From Cladosporium halotolerans (taxonomy: Eukaryota), in NCBI RefSeq assembly GCF_011745625.1, contig NW_027191454.1, positions 868,001 through 932,000 on the forward strand: 64,000 nucleotides of DNA. The letters are read 5' to 3'. Below are positions 34,063-46,488 of the stretch, piece after piece (positions within the stretch are counted from its first letter, which is position 1; each line of letters begins with the position of its first letter). A program made the translations under genes and the position numbers. The notes below the pieces were generated by a model. That model saw nothing but the letters and a program-made list of their open reading frames with translations, did no database searches and had not been told where the DNA came from.

Positions 34063-35635
34063 AGTACCTCTGCCGCTGGACGAGCTGTGAAATGGCCTAG
34101 TACGGCATTAAACAGTGCGATTAATGTCATGGTGAGAGGTCCGGACTTCGGAAGAACAGCGCTTAGACAAGGCAATGGGACGAAGTGTTCAATGAGTGTA
34201 GTAAGTAAGACGCAGCGCAATCCTCTTTCCCCAAATCCCAATTGCTCTACCCAAGTCAGACGCACTATGCAGAGAACCAGCTGAAGCTCCCGATACCATC
34301 CTGACCGGTATCCATGCAATGAAATCCACTTTCTTCGAGGTAAACATACTGACCAAACTGGCCAGCACAGCCTCCAAGATTGCGGATTCTAAAGACGACA
34401 CGCTGATTTTTTGTCTTTTGCTTGTAGATATGGATGGACTGCGGTTTCTACAGAGGAAAGTTATTATGCATTGTCATGAGCAAAATGGACAACATGCTAT
34501 CAACTTACACGTGGAGTGCTGACACATTGACGCTCGGCAACCGACCGTTTGTAGTCGATGAGTGCAGGACCTTTGCAGTCTCTTTACGTGAATGAGGTGA
34601 TTCCGATTGTGTACGCCTCCGAACAGGAAGTCAAGAGACTCAAGGCAGCAGCCACAGGGACCGCGATCTTCATGTTGGGGATCTGACCGGAATGATGGGA
34701 ATATGACAGAAGTGATCAAGTTTGGCCCAGGTTAATAATCGCTAGAGAAGCAAGTATTGCTACAGAACTATGGGCCTTGAGAATTTAAAGGCTGAGCAGA
34801 ACTTCCATCTATACCAATAGTGATATGATTCGCAGAATACATGAGCTCAGCAGCATCGTAGCACACGCTCTAAGAACCATCGATCAACAAGAAACTGTCC
34901 AATCGAACGAGTTGCGAGGCGTCACAATTTCAGCTGGGCCGCCATCGACGTGGTACGTCGGATCCTTCAATATAATTTCCTGCCTTGTTGCCTCAGATTC
35001 ATGCGGAATCCTATCACAAACAGGATGGCAACGGCCGAAAGTAGTAACAATTGGATAGCCTAAGATCACAGCCACCCTCTCGATAGCAAGGGTCTCTCTG
35101 GACTCGAGAATCGAAGTCGAGTCATCTGTTCACTAGACGTTTGGTAAGTCCACCGACGTGGCACTAAATATATTGAAGGCGGCTGAGCATGAGCTGCGCC
35201 GCATGATCACCATTGAACCGCGCCCTCTCTATGGACACGAAGCTGGAGCGCCCTTACATGCATAGCTGCAAATCTCGACCGGTGGTCTCTAACGTCCATT
35301 CGGCATCATTCAGACTCGTAGGCTACGCGACAAGGCGACTTTCGCAGCTTAGTCCTCTGCACGACGTCGTTTCACGATCCCGAAACCCCCGCCTTTGATA
35401 GTTCAGCTGCTGCAATCGGACAAAACGCTCGTGACCGGGCTAGATCAATTCTGGACGTGTGCCACCGGATGGCATACCTGCATGCATGTGCAAATCCGAC
35501 GTGTCGTATTCGTCGATGCTACATATTGCCTCACAATCCTAGTCACAGGCCAAACTTCTCGGAAACCGATACTCTATCTCCAACCCCCCCAACCTGCTAG
35601 CAGTGCATGCTAGATCCGAATCTCCAGTCGAAAAA

Positions 35636-35972
35636 ATGCAACTCACTTCTTCCATCACCTTCATTTCTACGCTAATGATCGCGTTGACCCCTGCACTCGC
35701 TGTCGGCAAAGGCGTAGGAGGTGGTAGGTCCGTCGGCCAGAAATGCAAGCTGCCTTCGAAAGAATACGACCTTGCTTGCGGTGATCACAGGGTGGTAAGC
35801 TATCAGATCCTACCCTTTGAGTCACAATGAAGGGCATTTTACTACCGCCCGTGAACGTTCGCTTGCTGACACTCTCCGCCGTGATCAGCTGTTCTGCTTG
35901 AATGGAGCGTGGCAGACAAACGATATCTGCGATGGCGGACGACATTGCAGCAAGTGCAGATGCGTATCCTAG
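35636..35972 (+). CDS. Small secreted cysteine-rich protein (80 aa, 7 Cys); exons 35636-35794, 35889-35972
   Basis: Signal peptide MQLTSSITFISTLMIALTPALA; GTAAGC...GCTGAC...CAG phase-0 intron; exon 2 encodes LFCLNGAWQTNDICDGGRHCSKCRCVS*. Confidence 0.8.
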
Positions 35973-36409
35973 GTGTGGTCTATCAACCCAAAATGCACAT
36001 GCCGTGCTTTCTCTACATTTCAGAGAATGTGGAACGCTGTACAGGATGGCATCGGGCTGTACAAGAACGTTTGTACTGATTCGGAAAATCGCAGGCCGCT
36101 ACGCAGATGGGTTGCATGCGTGCTGTTTAACTCCGGAAGAGCTGCTTCCGTCTCTGAGACGGGTCTTCATTCGGTTTCTTGGTTATTTCAATGTTCGAGT
36201 CGGAGTCAGGGAGACGGAGGTCTCGAGGCTCAGAGCGTTGGAGAATGCTGAAACGTGCGCAAGCGTGATGAATATTACCGAGAACATTGATAGCTCGCCA
36301 ATTGCTCTCTTCGTGGCTTTCGTCTCCGTGATCTAGACCGTTTCTGCGACGGCAGCGTGTCTGTCCATGCCTCATTGTTTCACAAGCATGAAGAAGTCTG
36401 GATTGAACA

Positions 36410-38011
36410 ATGGCTTTTCATGATCCATTCAGTGGCCATCAGCATTCGCTTCCTCTTCCCACTATCTCCGAGGATCGGGTTCGCTCAGCCTCGCCCGCGC
36501 CTAGAGCTCTGGGTGGAGGCATCGTTGTCTTCTCCGGCGGCAGTGCCGCCAACAATCTTGTCGAGATCTTCAACGACGTTCGTGATGCAAACAAAACGAC
36601 TTTGAGCTATGTGATCCCGATCAGCGACAATGGCGGGTCGTCCAGCGAACTTATCCGTGTATTCGGAGGACCTGGTACGCTGCGAATCTCAATACTCCCC
36701 AGCACATGATTCTGACGCGCTTGAAAGGTATCGGTGATGTTCGCTCCCGACTAGTTCGTCTGATTCCAGATGATGGGGAAGAAACACAGGCCATCAAGAG
36801 ACTCTTCAACCACCGGTTGCCGAAAGATTACGCTGTGGCAAGATCTGAATGGCTCGACATCGTTGAAGCTACACACGAGCTGTGGCGAGGAGTCTCTCTG
36901 CCAAAACAAGAACTGATTCGCAGCTTTCTCAACGTGATCAATCTTGAGATTGTGAAAAGGCTCAGGCCGACCTCGAGGTTCGACTGGAGTGGTGCCAGCA
37001 TTGGCAATCTTTTCTTGACAGGGTCAGCCATTCCAAGATCATCAAGACGCGAGATATTAATCTGCTGACTTTGACGATAGTGCGAGATTGTTCACAGGTA
37101 GCTTTGAAGCCGCAATCTATCTGCTTTCAAGCATCTGTGCAGTGCCAGGAAACGTCTCGGTCATACCTAGTCTAAACTCCAACTTCGCACATCATATTGC
37201 AGCTGGACTTGAAGATGGCACGGTGATTACTGGACAGAACAACATCAGCCACCCCAGCAAGCCGACTGCCGCAGTGCTAGACTCCGTCATCTCTGCTCCG
37301 GATGAGCCTTTCTCGCCAAGCCAGAGACTGAAGGCAGAGACAGAAGAACAAGACAAGGTAGAAGACGCCAATCTACCAGGCTCGCTTCCTACTTTGCGCA
37401 AACCCGCTATAGCCTTCTCGAAAGAAGACGAAGAAGAGCTTCCTGCCAGAATCGAGCGACTCTGGTACATCAATCCTTACGGCCAAGAAATTCGGATCCC
37501 AACCAATCCACGCGTGGTCGGCGCTCTCAAAGAAGCAGGCTGTGTCATCTACAGCATTGGCTCACTCTTCACCTCTCTGATTCCATCGCTCGTCTTGCGA
37601 GACGTGGGCACCGCAATCGCTTCGCCGTCCATTAGGTGCAAAATCCTCATCCTGAATGGCACGCTCGATCGGGAGACTGGACCTTCGACAAACCCCTTCA
37701 CTGGCATGGACTTCGTAGCGGCTATAGCAAATGCATGCGCGGAGAGCCGAGGGATTGCGAGACCGGCGTCGCACCAGTATTCGCAGTACGTCACGCATGT
37801 CATATACCTGGACAGTCCAACCGGCCCGAAAGTCGACAAAGACGCGTTTCACCGGATCGGCATAGACTCGATGCGACTTTATGGTCGCAAAGACGACAAC
37901 GGCAAAGGCGGCAGATACGATATGAAAGCCCTCGAGCAGGCTTTGGAGGCGATCATTGGGAGGAAAGATGCTAGAAACGACAAAACGAGGAGAAACACGC
38001 TGGTCACTTGA
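36410..38011 (+). CDS. CofD/UPF0052 (YvcK-like; yeast YNL011C-like) family protein; exons 36410-36674, 36728-37022, 37081-38011
   Basis: IVVFSGGSAANNL, PISDNGGSSSEL, GPGIGDVRSRL, ASIGNLFLTGARL, ITGQNNISHP, YSIGSLFTSLIP motifs. Confidence 0.9.
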
Positions 38012-38096
38012 AGCATGCAATTATGGATGTCATCACAGGATGTTACGATCCGGATTTTTACCAAGACACAACCTTTACGTCGATCAGTCCCTCATA

Positions 38097-39599
38097 TTAC
38101 AAGACATCCATCTTATCAAGCCATAGAAGTAGCAATTCGTTCAGACCCTGCCGAACCAATTCATCCGGAAAGTAATACTCTGCCGAGGCCTCCAGCGGAA
38201 CTCGCAAGCTGTCATGCCCTCCGTCAGCACCAACCGCCAACCGCGCCTTTGTCTGGTACCAGTCCAGCAGGTAGTCCTTCATCTCCGGCATGACTTTGGC
38301 GGTCCTATCCGTAGCATCCACAACACGCCGGTGAATGCCGGGCTGCTCTCGGATATTCTTCCACACATCCTTCGCATCAGTCACGGTCCGCGCGGAGAAC
38401 TTGGAGACCGCCTCGTCTCTCATGGTTATCGGAATCATCTGCCGTATCGTCCTCGTCGAATATTGCGAAAGCTGCGAGCAGAGAGACTTCACCTCGTCGT
38501 GTAGGAATGGATCGCTGGGATCAGAAGTTGACCTGAGCTTTTCTTCGACTGCCTCGATCTCCTCTCGCATCTTCTTGAGCCTGTACAGCGACCACTGCCT
38601 GTACAGGTCTGGCAGCCGATCGTACACTCGCACGTTGCTTATCAGGCTGTTGTCCCAAGTGCCGACGTTGGCGACTTTGTAGGACGAGATGGTGGTGATT
38701 CTCTCGGCTGATCCGAACGCTCTGGATGCTAGATGCTCCACTTGGCCGCCCTGCAATACGACGGCGGTTCCCATCGCGGGACCTTCGACCTGCGCATTAC
38801 TTGCTTTAGCGAATTCATGCATGATTCCTTGCAGGTCTCTTTTACCTTGTGAGGCGAGCCGTCGCCGGTTCTCAGATATGTATGGCCGCCGGTCATGGAC
38901 GTAGTATCGCTGAGCATGATAATGCACACGTACGGGTACGAGTCGAAACTGCCACACACCGCATGTTTAGCAGCCGCTACGAACACACTCCAGTAAAAGG
39001 GCAACACTCACTGCCAAGGGATCACCGAACCCGCAGACAGTGGATCATAAGACAGCTCCTCGTCGGTCAAACTCATGGACTCAAGCCACGGCTCCGCCGT
39101 CAAGCGATCGAGCGAGCAATCGTCGCCCATGACCTGGATGTTAGTGTGGCCGATCTCCATGGGCATGATGATGTCGACGGGCATGTTGAGCGCTTTGCGC
39201 ACGATCTCGGTCGTCGCGGGACTCGTCCAGAGATCTGTGACGAATTGCGATTTCGACGCCGAGTTGCGCAGCATGGCGGTGGTGTTGCCGAGCCATCTCG
39301 CGCAGTTGTCGAGGACTTCTGGTCGCAAGATCGAACGGCGGTAGGCGAGGACGCCGTCTTTTGTCAGGAAGGGGAATGGGTGGCTACCGGCGACCACGTC
39401 GTCATTGCTGCCGTTCGATAGGCCTAGGTCGCCGAAAGTGAAGTTGGAGATGGAGTCGGGTTTGACGAGATGGATCTGTGATGGGTTTAGAGCTGCGCAT
39501 TCGACAAAAAGCGACTGCCTCGTTGAGGCTCGCCCATGAGTGATCACACTCTTTGTCCGGGCGTACCTCTGGATCGAAAACATCTATCTCTTGCGACAT
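38097..39599 (-). CDS. 2-oxoglutarate/Fe(II)-dependent oxygenase family protein; exons 39599-39567, 39475-39012, 38948-38846, 38789-38097
   Basis: Spliced WH|FDSYPYVCIIMLSD (HxD), GGHT, and LQGGQVEHLA...ERITTISS (distal His and Arg). Confidence 0.85.
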
Positions 39600-40301
39600 G
39601 TCGATTGCTGAAGCTCACTTGCGGATTCTCAATGATGGTGATGATTATACTGTATGATTTAGACAGTCTGTTTCGACTCAAATTGCATAGACGAACGAAA
39701 AAGCAACGTCGAGCTCACAACTTACGAGCGAAACTCGACATCGCTATATCCTCCTCGACACCCGACAATACCTAGTCGTCTTGTGAAAAGCGGGGCCCCG
39801 AGCCTGGGGAAGTCACGGACAGATATCGCGCGTCCAATCGAATCCGACCGTGATATCACATCCGATGCGCGTTCGGTCCAAGTGTCCTAGAGGGGTAATC
39901 ATTTGCCTATACACCTCCCCTCCAATCTCACTGCTCTTGAGCTCTGCGATTGGGATCGCTTTCCGACTGTGCTGTCCGAGAGCCGTTCTGAGATTGTCCC
40001 ATTCGAGGTGTGCTCTCGTTCGAGTTTCGCAGAGCTGCCCACTGTTCACTCGACTATGTGGTGGATTAGACCTTATATTTACATCTCAGTGATCTGACTC
40101 TCTCTGCCCCGCGTGGTAAGGCAATCTTTCCGTATCCGGCAATTCCTCTCCATCAACTCCCAGTAGAAATCCAAAGACAGATCACCCGCCATCCAAAACA
40201 TACGCTCAAAAAAACACCATAGCATTTCCCAAAAAACATCCACGCAAACGCTCAGATAGAAAACAAAAAAGGAAATCAAACCGCCTTCAAACCCTCAACC
40301 A

Positions 40302-42269
40302 TCACCTCCTCCCCCTCCTCCTCAACGCCCTCCCCCGCCTCCTCTTCCACTTCTTCCCCACCCACTCCGCCATCGAGTCCCACGACACAATCAGCCACAC
40401 AATCGCCAAACTGCCCAGCGTAAACGGCACGGCAACGACGAAAAAGAAGCTGAACCCGTGCTTCAAGCCCGCGCCCTCGGAAAAGTTCATGCCGAAGTAC
40501 CCGCTGACGACCGTCAGCGGCGCGAAGAAGACCGTGACCAGCGCGAGCACCATCATGAAGTTGTTCGTGCGCGCGCCGACGGTGTTGAAGATCAGCGTGC
40601 TGATGTTCGTTGCGCTGGCGTCCATTTGCTCCAGCGCTTGGATCAGCGTGATGCAGTGGTCGAGCACGTCGCCGAAATAGGTGTGCGCTAGGGGCGTGAT
40701 TTGGATGGTGGCGGCGTCCGGGTGGCGTTTGAGGGGCCCGGCGGATTCGGAGGCGGTGCGGGAGAGGGAGAGGCGGGGCGTGGGGCTCGCGGAGCGGCCG
40801 CGGAGCTGGGCGGCTTGGGCGAGGTGTTTGTTTGTTGGGGGTTTGGGGGTCGGGTCGGGCTGCTTGGGGGTGTCGCGGGGGTGTTTGTTCTCGACGGGGT
40901 AGGGGGTGGTGTTGGGTGGGGAGAGGTGCATTTCGGAGAAGGCGACGGTGGGCTCGGTGTTGTGGTCGCGGAGGGCGTTGACGAGGTGCACGATGGGCTT
41001 GATGAGGTTCTGCAGCATGTCGATTTCCTCGCCGAAGATGTGCAGGGCGCGCGAGGTGCGGATGTTGGGGCTGGTCATGGCGTCGATTTGGAGCTCCTTG
41101 CGCGCTTTGTTGTAGGCGTCGCGGACCGGCATGGCCAGGTCGACGATCGCGTCGATGATCGCCTGCAGCACGAGCGAGGCGTCGCAGCTCTTGCGCAGGA
41201 CCGTTTCTTCGCTGTACAGCCGCTCCATCATCGGCCCTTCGATGTCGTCTGCGGAATGCTCGAAGAAGGACACGATGGTGTTGTCGGCGAGCAGGAACAT
41301 GGAGACCTGCTCCACGCTCACGACCAGATCGTCGGCGGAGAGTACGCTATGCTTCTCCATGAAGGCAGTGTGCTTGGCGATCTGGGCGCTCTCATAGCGG
41401 TGGAGAGTGCGAATCTCTTTAATGGGACTGTGCTCGGAGATGTTGCTGTGGGCCTGGACGAACTCATCGATCTTCCCATCTCCATTGCGGTCCATGTACC
41501 GCGGCAGCTGATAACTCTCCTTATGCGCACCTCTCGGGCCCGGCCACCACCCACCCCTGTGGCCTCCACCCGTAGACTCAAGATCATCGTGTGCAGGGCA
41601 GTCATCGTGATCTCCATTATGCTGGTGCAGCCGCACGAGTTTCTGCAAGGTGAGAATGATGCACGCCTGGTCACTATACCAATCGACCTTCGTACGCGAA
41701 TGCGTGTGAATCAAATCCTCAATCGCCAGCCTGTGCAAGCGGTAGCGGTTGCCGATGAACTTGATGACGTCCCACGAGAGCCCGTTGACGTTGATCCACC
41801 TGCACTTGGAGTCGTCCGGCTTGGGCTCTTCGAGCAGCTCGTTCAGGGTCTCGTTGTCGGCTTTGCGGACGGAGATGTTGGCTTCGGAGAAATCCACGAT
41901 CTGGATATCGCACGGCGCCACCAGGTTGATCAGGTGCGGCGGCACCTTCTCGTCCTCGACGTTGACATCGATACCCGGCTCCGCGCCGGGCTGCTGCCAG
42001 ACGTCGACTTCGGGCTCGTGGAAGGTCCGCACCGTGTTCGTGCGCGAGAGCCGCCGGTGCCGCAGGTAGTTGTCATTGTTGGATGAGGTACGCGTGATAG
42101 TGCTACCGCGCCGGTCGAGAGTGACGCTGTCCCTGGCCGAGGGCGATTTCCTCCGCGCGTGCTCCGCCGAGTCGCGGCCGGTCCTTGTATGCGCTCGCTC
42201 GCGGCCGTGAGGGTGGTGCGCGCGTGGCACTTCGGGGGAGAAGTCCCGGATAGTAGTCATATTAGTCAT
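40302..42269 (-). CDS. CorA family Mg2+/divalent cation transporter
   Basis: RWINVNGLSWD, LHRLAIEDL, EQVSMFL, and two C-terminal TM segments with the YFGMNF signature. Confidence 0.93.
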   Translation of the reverse strand: MTNMTTIRDFSPEVPRAHHPHGRERAHTRTGRDSAEHARRKSPSARDSVTLDRRGSTITRTSSNNDNYLRHRRLSRTNTVRTFHEPEVDVWQQPGAEPGIDVNVEDEKVPPHLINLVAPCDIQIVDFSEANISVRKADNETLNELLEEPKPDDSKCRWINVNGLSWDVIKFIGNRYRLHRLAIEDLIHTHSRTKVDWYSDQACIILTLQKLVRLHQHNGDHDDCPAHDDLESTGGGHRGGWWPGPRGAHKESYQLPRYMDRNGDGKIDEFVQAHSNISEHSPIKEIRTLHRYESAQIAKHTAFMEKHSVLSADDLVVSVEQVSMFLLADNTIVSFFEHSADDIEGPMMERLYSEETVLRKSCDASLVLQAIIDAIVDLAMPVRDAYNKARKELQIDAMTSPNIRTSRALHIFGEEIDMLQNLIKPIVHLVNALRDHNTEPTVAFSEMHLSPPNTTPYPVENKHPRDTPKQPDPTPKPPTNKHLAQAAQLRGRSASPTPRLSLSRTASESAGPLKRHPDAATIQITPLAHTYFGDVLDHCITLIQALEQMDASATNISTLIFNTVGARTNNFMMVLALVTVFFAPLTVVSGYFGMNFSEGAGLKHGFSFFFVVAVPFTLGSLAIVWLIVSWDSMAEWVGKKWKRRRGRALRRRGRR

Positions 42270-43569
42270 CTCGAAACTGTCGTAGCCAGTGTTTTTGAAA
42301 AGTGGCAGATGGACGCGGTCGGAATAGAAGCAGTCGTGGTCCGGCGTAAAATATATTCCGTAGCCAGATAATCAACGTCCTCACCCAGAAATAAGTCTGA
42401 CCAACCCAGCCCACGCACAAAGAGATCCAAAACCAAAGATCCAGATCCCAATCCAGATCCGCCGTCAAAGGCCACCGAAGATCCAAAAATCCCTAGTGCT
42501 AGCTAATAGCAATGCAGCTCCTCAGTCCAGCAGTGCGCATGTTCGCAGGGCGGCGCGGCACGTCAATCCAGGAGCCGGCAGTATCCAACCGACCCAACAA
42601 GGCAGCCTGAGATAGTAGGGAAGCGCAATGTGCAAGCCATGTAGCAAGCAAGCGAGGCAGAAAACAGCCGGGGCGTCGTCAGTCAGCGCCGATCTCTCCC
42701 GCGCGCACAGCAAAGCATGGCCTTGACTTTCGGGATGGGGATGCACGAAGCGTGGAGCACGAGTCACGCGCGCGATCCAGAACCGCGGCGAGACGAACAA
42801 GCCCTCCAATCCCCCAGCGCGGGACGCCCGAACCCTGAGCTTATTTTTCTTTTGCTTCGTCTCCACTACCTTCAGATGGGATATTCTCTGAAAGGGACGG
42901 TGATGATGTGATTAATAGGGATCTCTAATGAACATTCACAAATACAGACACGAGCGATGGAGTCACATCTCTTTGAAAATGGACTTCGCAATCCGTTGGA
43001 AAAAAACTTTCGAATGGGATTTGGCACTGCCTTCGGCTTTTGTCCCACAGACTCTTCCTTGATAAACTCCTCCACATCCCCCCCTACCTTACCCATCCTA
43101 TACCCATCCAATCTTCTTGTTTAATGATCCAGTCCCGTCAACAATCCAACCCGGCCTCCCACTCTCCCGTTCCCGTAGATTCCCTCCTCGTGCAACGCAA
43201 CACACTCGTAGAAAAACAAAAGAAAAACAAAAAAACAAAAAAAACCAGTCGTGACTGGATCCCGTCGAATGCGATCCTGCAGTGAGAAGGGAAGGCCTGG
43301 AAATAGTGACAAAAAAGAGGTAATGACATTTCTTCGCCTGAACGCGCGGGTATCTGCTGCTTGCCTGCTGCCGATGATGATGATGATGGTAATGGTAACG
43401 ATGACAAGAGAAGAAGACAAGAGAAGAAAAAGAGATGATTATGCTTGGCAAATTCCGATCCCGGTCCTTCCAATGCTCATTTGGTGTCCAATCGCGAGGG
43501 CCCATCCGTAACAACATAAGAAAAAACAGTAGCAAAAGAGGGCGTGATTGAGAAGCTGTCTCCAGCCAC

Positions 43570-45612
43570 TCATCGCTCCACCGCACTGCCAGTGCCGTTC
43601 CCATGGCTGTGGTGGTGCGAGTGGTGGTGATGGTGGTGGTGATGCCTCCTGTGCGGCCTGTCGCTGCTGCCCTCACCTCCACCACCGTCGCGGCCATGCC
43701 CGTCCTCAGCCGCGACGCACCAGAAGCGGTGGCTGCCCCAGGCGCCTTTTTGGCACTCCTTGGAGCAGTACTTGGTACGGCGGCAGCGGCGGCACTTTGC
43801 GAACTGGCGCGTGTACTCCTCCCACTTGCCGCACTGCCAGTAGGCGCACTGGCGGATGCCGCCGCGCGAGTCGTCCTTGCGGCAGAGGTTGCGCATGACG
43901 ACGCCAGCCCAGTAGGACATGTCGTCCTGCTGCGGCGAGATGGGTCCGCTGGCGCTGTGGCGCGAGGTCGAGGGCTTGGCGGTGAACTTCTCGATGAGGG
44001 GGAAGATGTTGTAGGGGGCTTCGCCGGGCTTCTCAACGAACTCGTTGTCCCAGTCGTCGTCTAGCTCTTCTTGGGACGGGCCGGGCGTGGAGTTTGCGGG
44101 GCTGTGGTCGGGGTCGAGCAGGTGCAGGTCCTTGCCGATTTTGAGTCTGGGAACGAGGTGGGATTGCTGGAAGTATGATCGGAGGTTGCAGTATTTGGAG
44201 ACGTATGCGAGGAGTTGAAGCGACATGAGGACGTCTTCGTCGCGAGGCATGGCGGCGAGCACTTGCGCCGGTGCAGGCCGGTCGAGAGGAAGTGTTCGCT
44301 GCGGTAGCCATGTAGGGGGTTGTTGAAGGTTTGGAGGGGTTGCGTTCAGGGGGTTCATAGCGGGTGGAATCTGGTTTTGCTGGAAGCCGTTCTGTGCTTG
44401 TGTGGGGGTCGTAACAGGGTTGACGGTGCTACCGTCGGTGGATAGGCGGTGGCTGATGTTGAAGGTTTCGTCTTCGTGAGAAGCTCCAAGGTTGACTGTG
44501 TCTGTGCGCGGCTCCAGTATTGTGTCATCGTCCAGAGCGTCCTGCATGACAATGTCGGATTGGATATCAACATGTGGTTCCGGCTGAGTCTCTGTCTCAT
44601 TAACATCCTCGGATCCTGCCTCGTCAGGCTGCGCATCGTCGTCTGATCCTGAGATGGAGAGCTGGTGTCTGATGGATGGTCGCCTGGCGGCTCGTCGCAT
44701 GCCAGTTGGGCTCTGACTATCTGGTCGCGTGACGGGCGCGCTGGGTGTTGTGGGGGATTGGGGTCCGGAGCTGAGCCCAGCGTGAAGAGTTGGAAGCATG
44801 GAAGGTAGCCTGTCGACATCCCTCACAGGCCTCAAGCCAAACGCAGCAGCGCCGTCTTGTGACGGGACCGAAGTCACGGACTGCTCCGAAGCCTGTCTGC
44901 TGCTGCCAACGCCAGGAGATGAGAACTGCACTCGGCTGCTGAGTGACCTCTGATGTTGGTGTCGCTGGAAAGTCGTCCGGTCTGGAGGCGAGCTAAGTGA
45001 CAAGTTCGCAGCGGGCGCAGTAGGTGTCACGGCGGCGGATGCCGATTCCTCTTGCTGCTCACGCGGCTCGGGGATGGAGATAGGGGGTGGAATGTGTCGT
45101 CTGCTCCTGTCAGAGCGCTGGCTGTAAGGGTCGTTGCGGGAAGAAGAAGAGCGCGAAAAGCCACGAGAGCTACCCAGGGAGCCCAGTGGGCACTTTCGCC
45201 GGCTCTCGATCTCAGCCTTTTCTCTGCACTTCTCGATGACCTGGAAGTAGTTGTCCAGAATGGTGGCGATGACGGGCACCATGTCCGCCTCGACCACGCG
45301 TGTGCGAACAGCCTCTGAGCCCCTGACGCCGATGTTGACGATGCACTGGAAAGCCAGGTTCCACTTCCACATCTCCATCATATCCTTGCTCCTGCCCTCC
45401 TTGAGGATGCATACCAAGCGCTCGATGCCGCCATCGACGGTGAGGATGTCGCGTATGCGGCCGGAGGATGTGGTGAGGTATGCGAGGTTGTTGAGGGAGT
45501 TGATGAGGGGAAGGGTGGAGGTGCAGTCGAGGGCGCGGCGGTCATAGAGGGCGGTTGTGATGCTGACCGAGGCCTTGTTTGCGTTGGGGATGCTGAAGTT
45601 GACCTCGCGCAT
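43570..45612 (-). CDS. samB: MYND-type zinc finger protein SamB / Mub1
   Basis: ITTALYDRRALDCTSTLPLINSLNNLAYLTTSS N-terminus; WAGVVMRNLCRKD...RQCAYWQCGKWE...KCRRCRRTKYCSKECQKGAW MYND finger; poly-His tail. Confidence 0.95.
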   Translation of the reverse strand: MREVNFSIPNANKASVSITTALYDRRALDCTSTLPLINSLNNLAYLTTSSGRIRDILTVDGGIERLVCILKEGRSKDMMEMWKWNLAFQCIVNIGVRGSEAVRTRVVEADMVPVIATILDNYFQVIEKCREKAEIESRRKCPLGSLGSSRGFSRSSSSRNDPYSQRSDRSRRHIPPPISIPEPREQQEESASAAVTPTAPAANLSLSSPPDRTTFQRHQHQRSLSSRVQFSSPGVGSSRQASEQSVTSVPSQDGAAAFGLRPVRDVDRLPSMLPTLHAGLSSGPQSPTTPSAPVTRPDSQSPTGMRRAARRPSIRHQLSISGSDDDAQPDEAGSEDVNETETQPEPHVDIQSDIVMQDALDDDTILEPRTDTVNLGASHEDETFNISHRLSTDGSTVNPVTTPTQAQNGFQQNQIPPAMNPLNATPPNLQQPPTWLPQRTLPLDRPAPAQVLAAMPRDEDVLMSLQLLAYVSKYCNLRSYFQQSHLVPRLKIGKDLHLLDPDHSPANSTPGPSQEELDDDWDNEFVEKPGEAPYNIFPLIEKFTAKPSTSRHSASGPISPQQDDMSYWAGVVMRNLCRKDDSRGGIRQCAYWQCGKWEEYTRQFAKCRRCRRTKYCSKECQKGAWGSHRFWCVAAEDGHGRDGGGGEGSSDRPHRRHHHHHHHHSHHHSHGNGTGSAVER

Positions 45613-46440
45613 GTTTGCGCCGGGCTTGAGAGCGCGCGACTCTCACCAGGATGGTTTGTAGATGAGTCGGCAGGGCAAACTCGATGGTTTCGGAACCCGG
45701 GCGGGCAATCAGCGCAGCGCGGTCCGCACGCCTGGCAGGAGAGACGCTGGAGCCGGCTTGTTTGCAGAACACGCCGCCGCGTGGGAGGTGTCGAGATCCG
45801 GCACGCTGGGCTCCGCGGTCTGCCGTGAAGAATTGCTTTGTGTCGAGTATGCGAAGGGGCGAGTGCACAAAGGGCGGTGTCCCGGGGGGTGCGCGCTGCC
45901 GTCTCGTGGGGCTGGACGAACGGGGCTCGGGCGCAAGAGGACAGGAGAAGGTCGGTCGTGCGGGCTCGCGAGGAGAGCGAGATGAGATCGGTAGCGTGTC
46001 GAGGGCGGTGCGGCGAGGGAAGTGGGATGGGTGGTGTTGGCGGAGGGGCGGTGGTGGCTGCAAGTGTGCGAGCGACAGTAGTCACTCAGTCTCGTCCCCC
46101 TTCGCCAAAGCGCAGCGAGCGAGGGCGGGAAGCGGCTAGCCACGCTTTGCCTTCCGCACCACAACGCTCCGGTCGCCGGCCGAGGGATATGACGCGCGCG
46201 GCGGAGGTCGGGAGGTGGGTGGGCGCTGGGTGATGGGCGCTGCTGCTTACTCTATCCGGGCGCGATGGGGCGATGTTCGCTCGTAAGGCTGCAACCTGCT
46301 GCGCTGCTGGTGGGTGGCGAGGTGGGCGGAAGCTTTTCACACGCAGCGACGCAGAAGCTGGAAGGGCGTCTGGTAAGCAGCGCCGGCAGCCAAGACGGTT
46401 AGCCAGCCTGGCCCTTCTCTGCTCTCCCGCCAGCGAGGGG

Positions 46441-46488
46441 ACTGGGACTGGGACTAGCACTGGCACTGGCACTGGCACTGGGACTGGC
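46441..46488 (+). repeat. Imperfect hexamer tandem repeat (ACTGGS)x8 upstream of samB
   Basis: ACTGGG ACTGGG ACTAGC ACTGGC ACTGGC ACTGGC ACTGGG ACTGGC read directly. Confidence 0.9.

Noticed and set aside
34063..35600. Possible transposon or RIP relic in a lower-GC gene-free stretch
   Set aside because: No terminal repeats, transposase or RT motifs, and no strong TpA excess visible.
40701..42086. 461-aa plus-strand ORF (also 48103-49083, 50717-51703, 56128-56835)
   Set aside because: Antisense or alternative-frame shadows of high-GC3 genes (CorA, ENP1, BRE2, NDE1).
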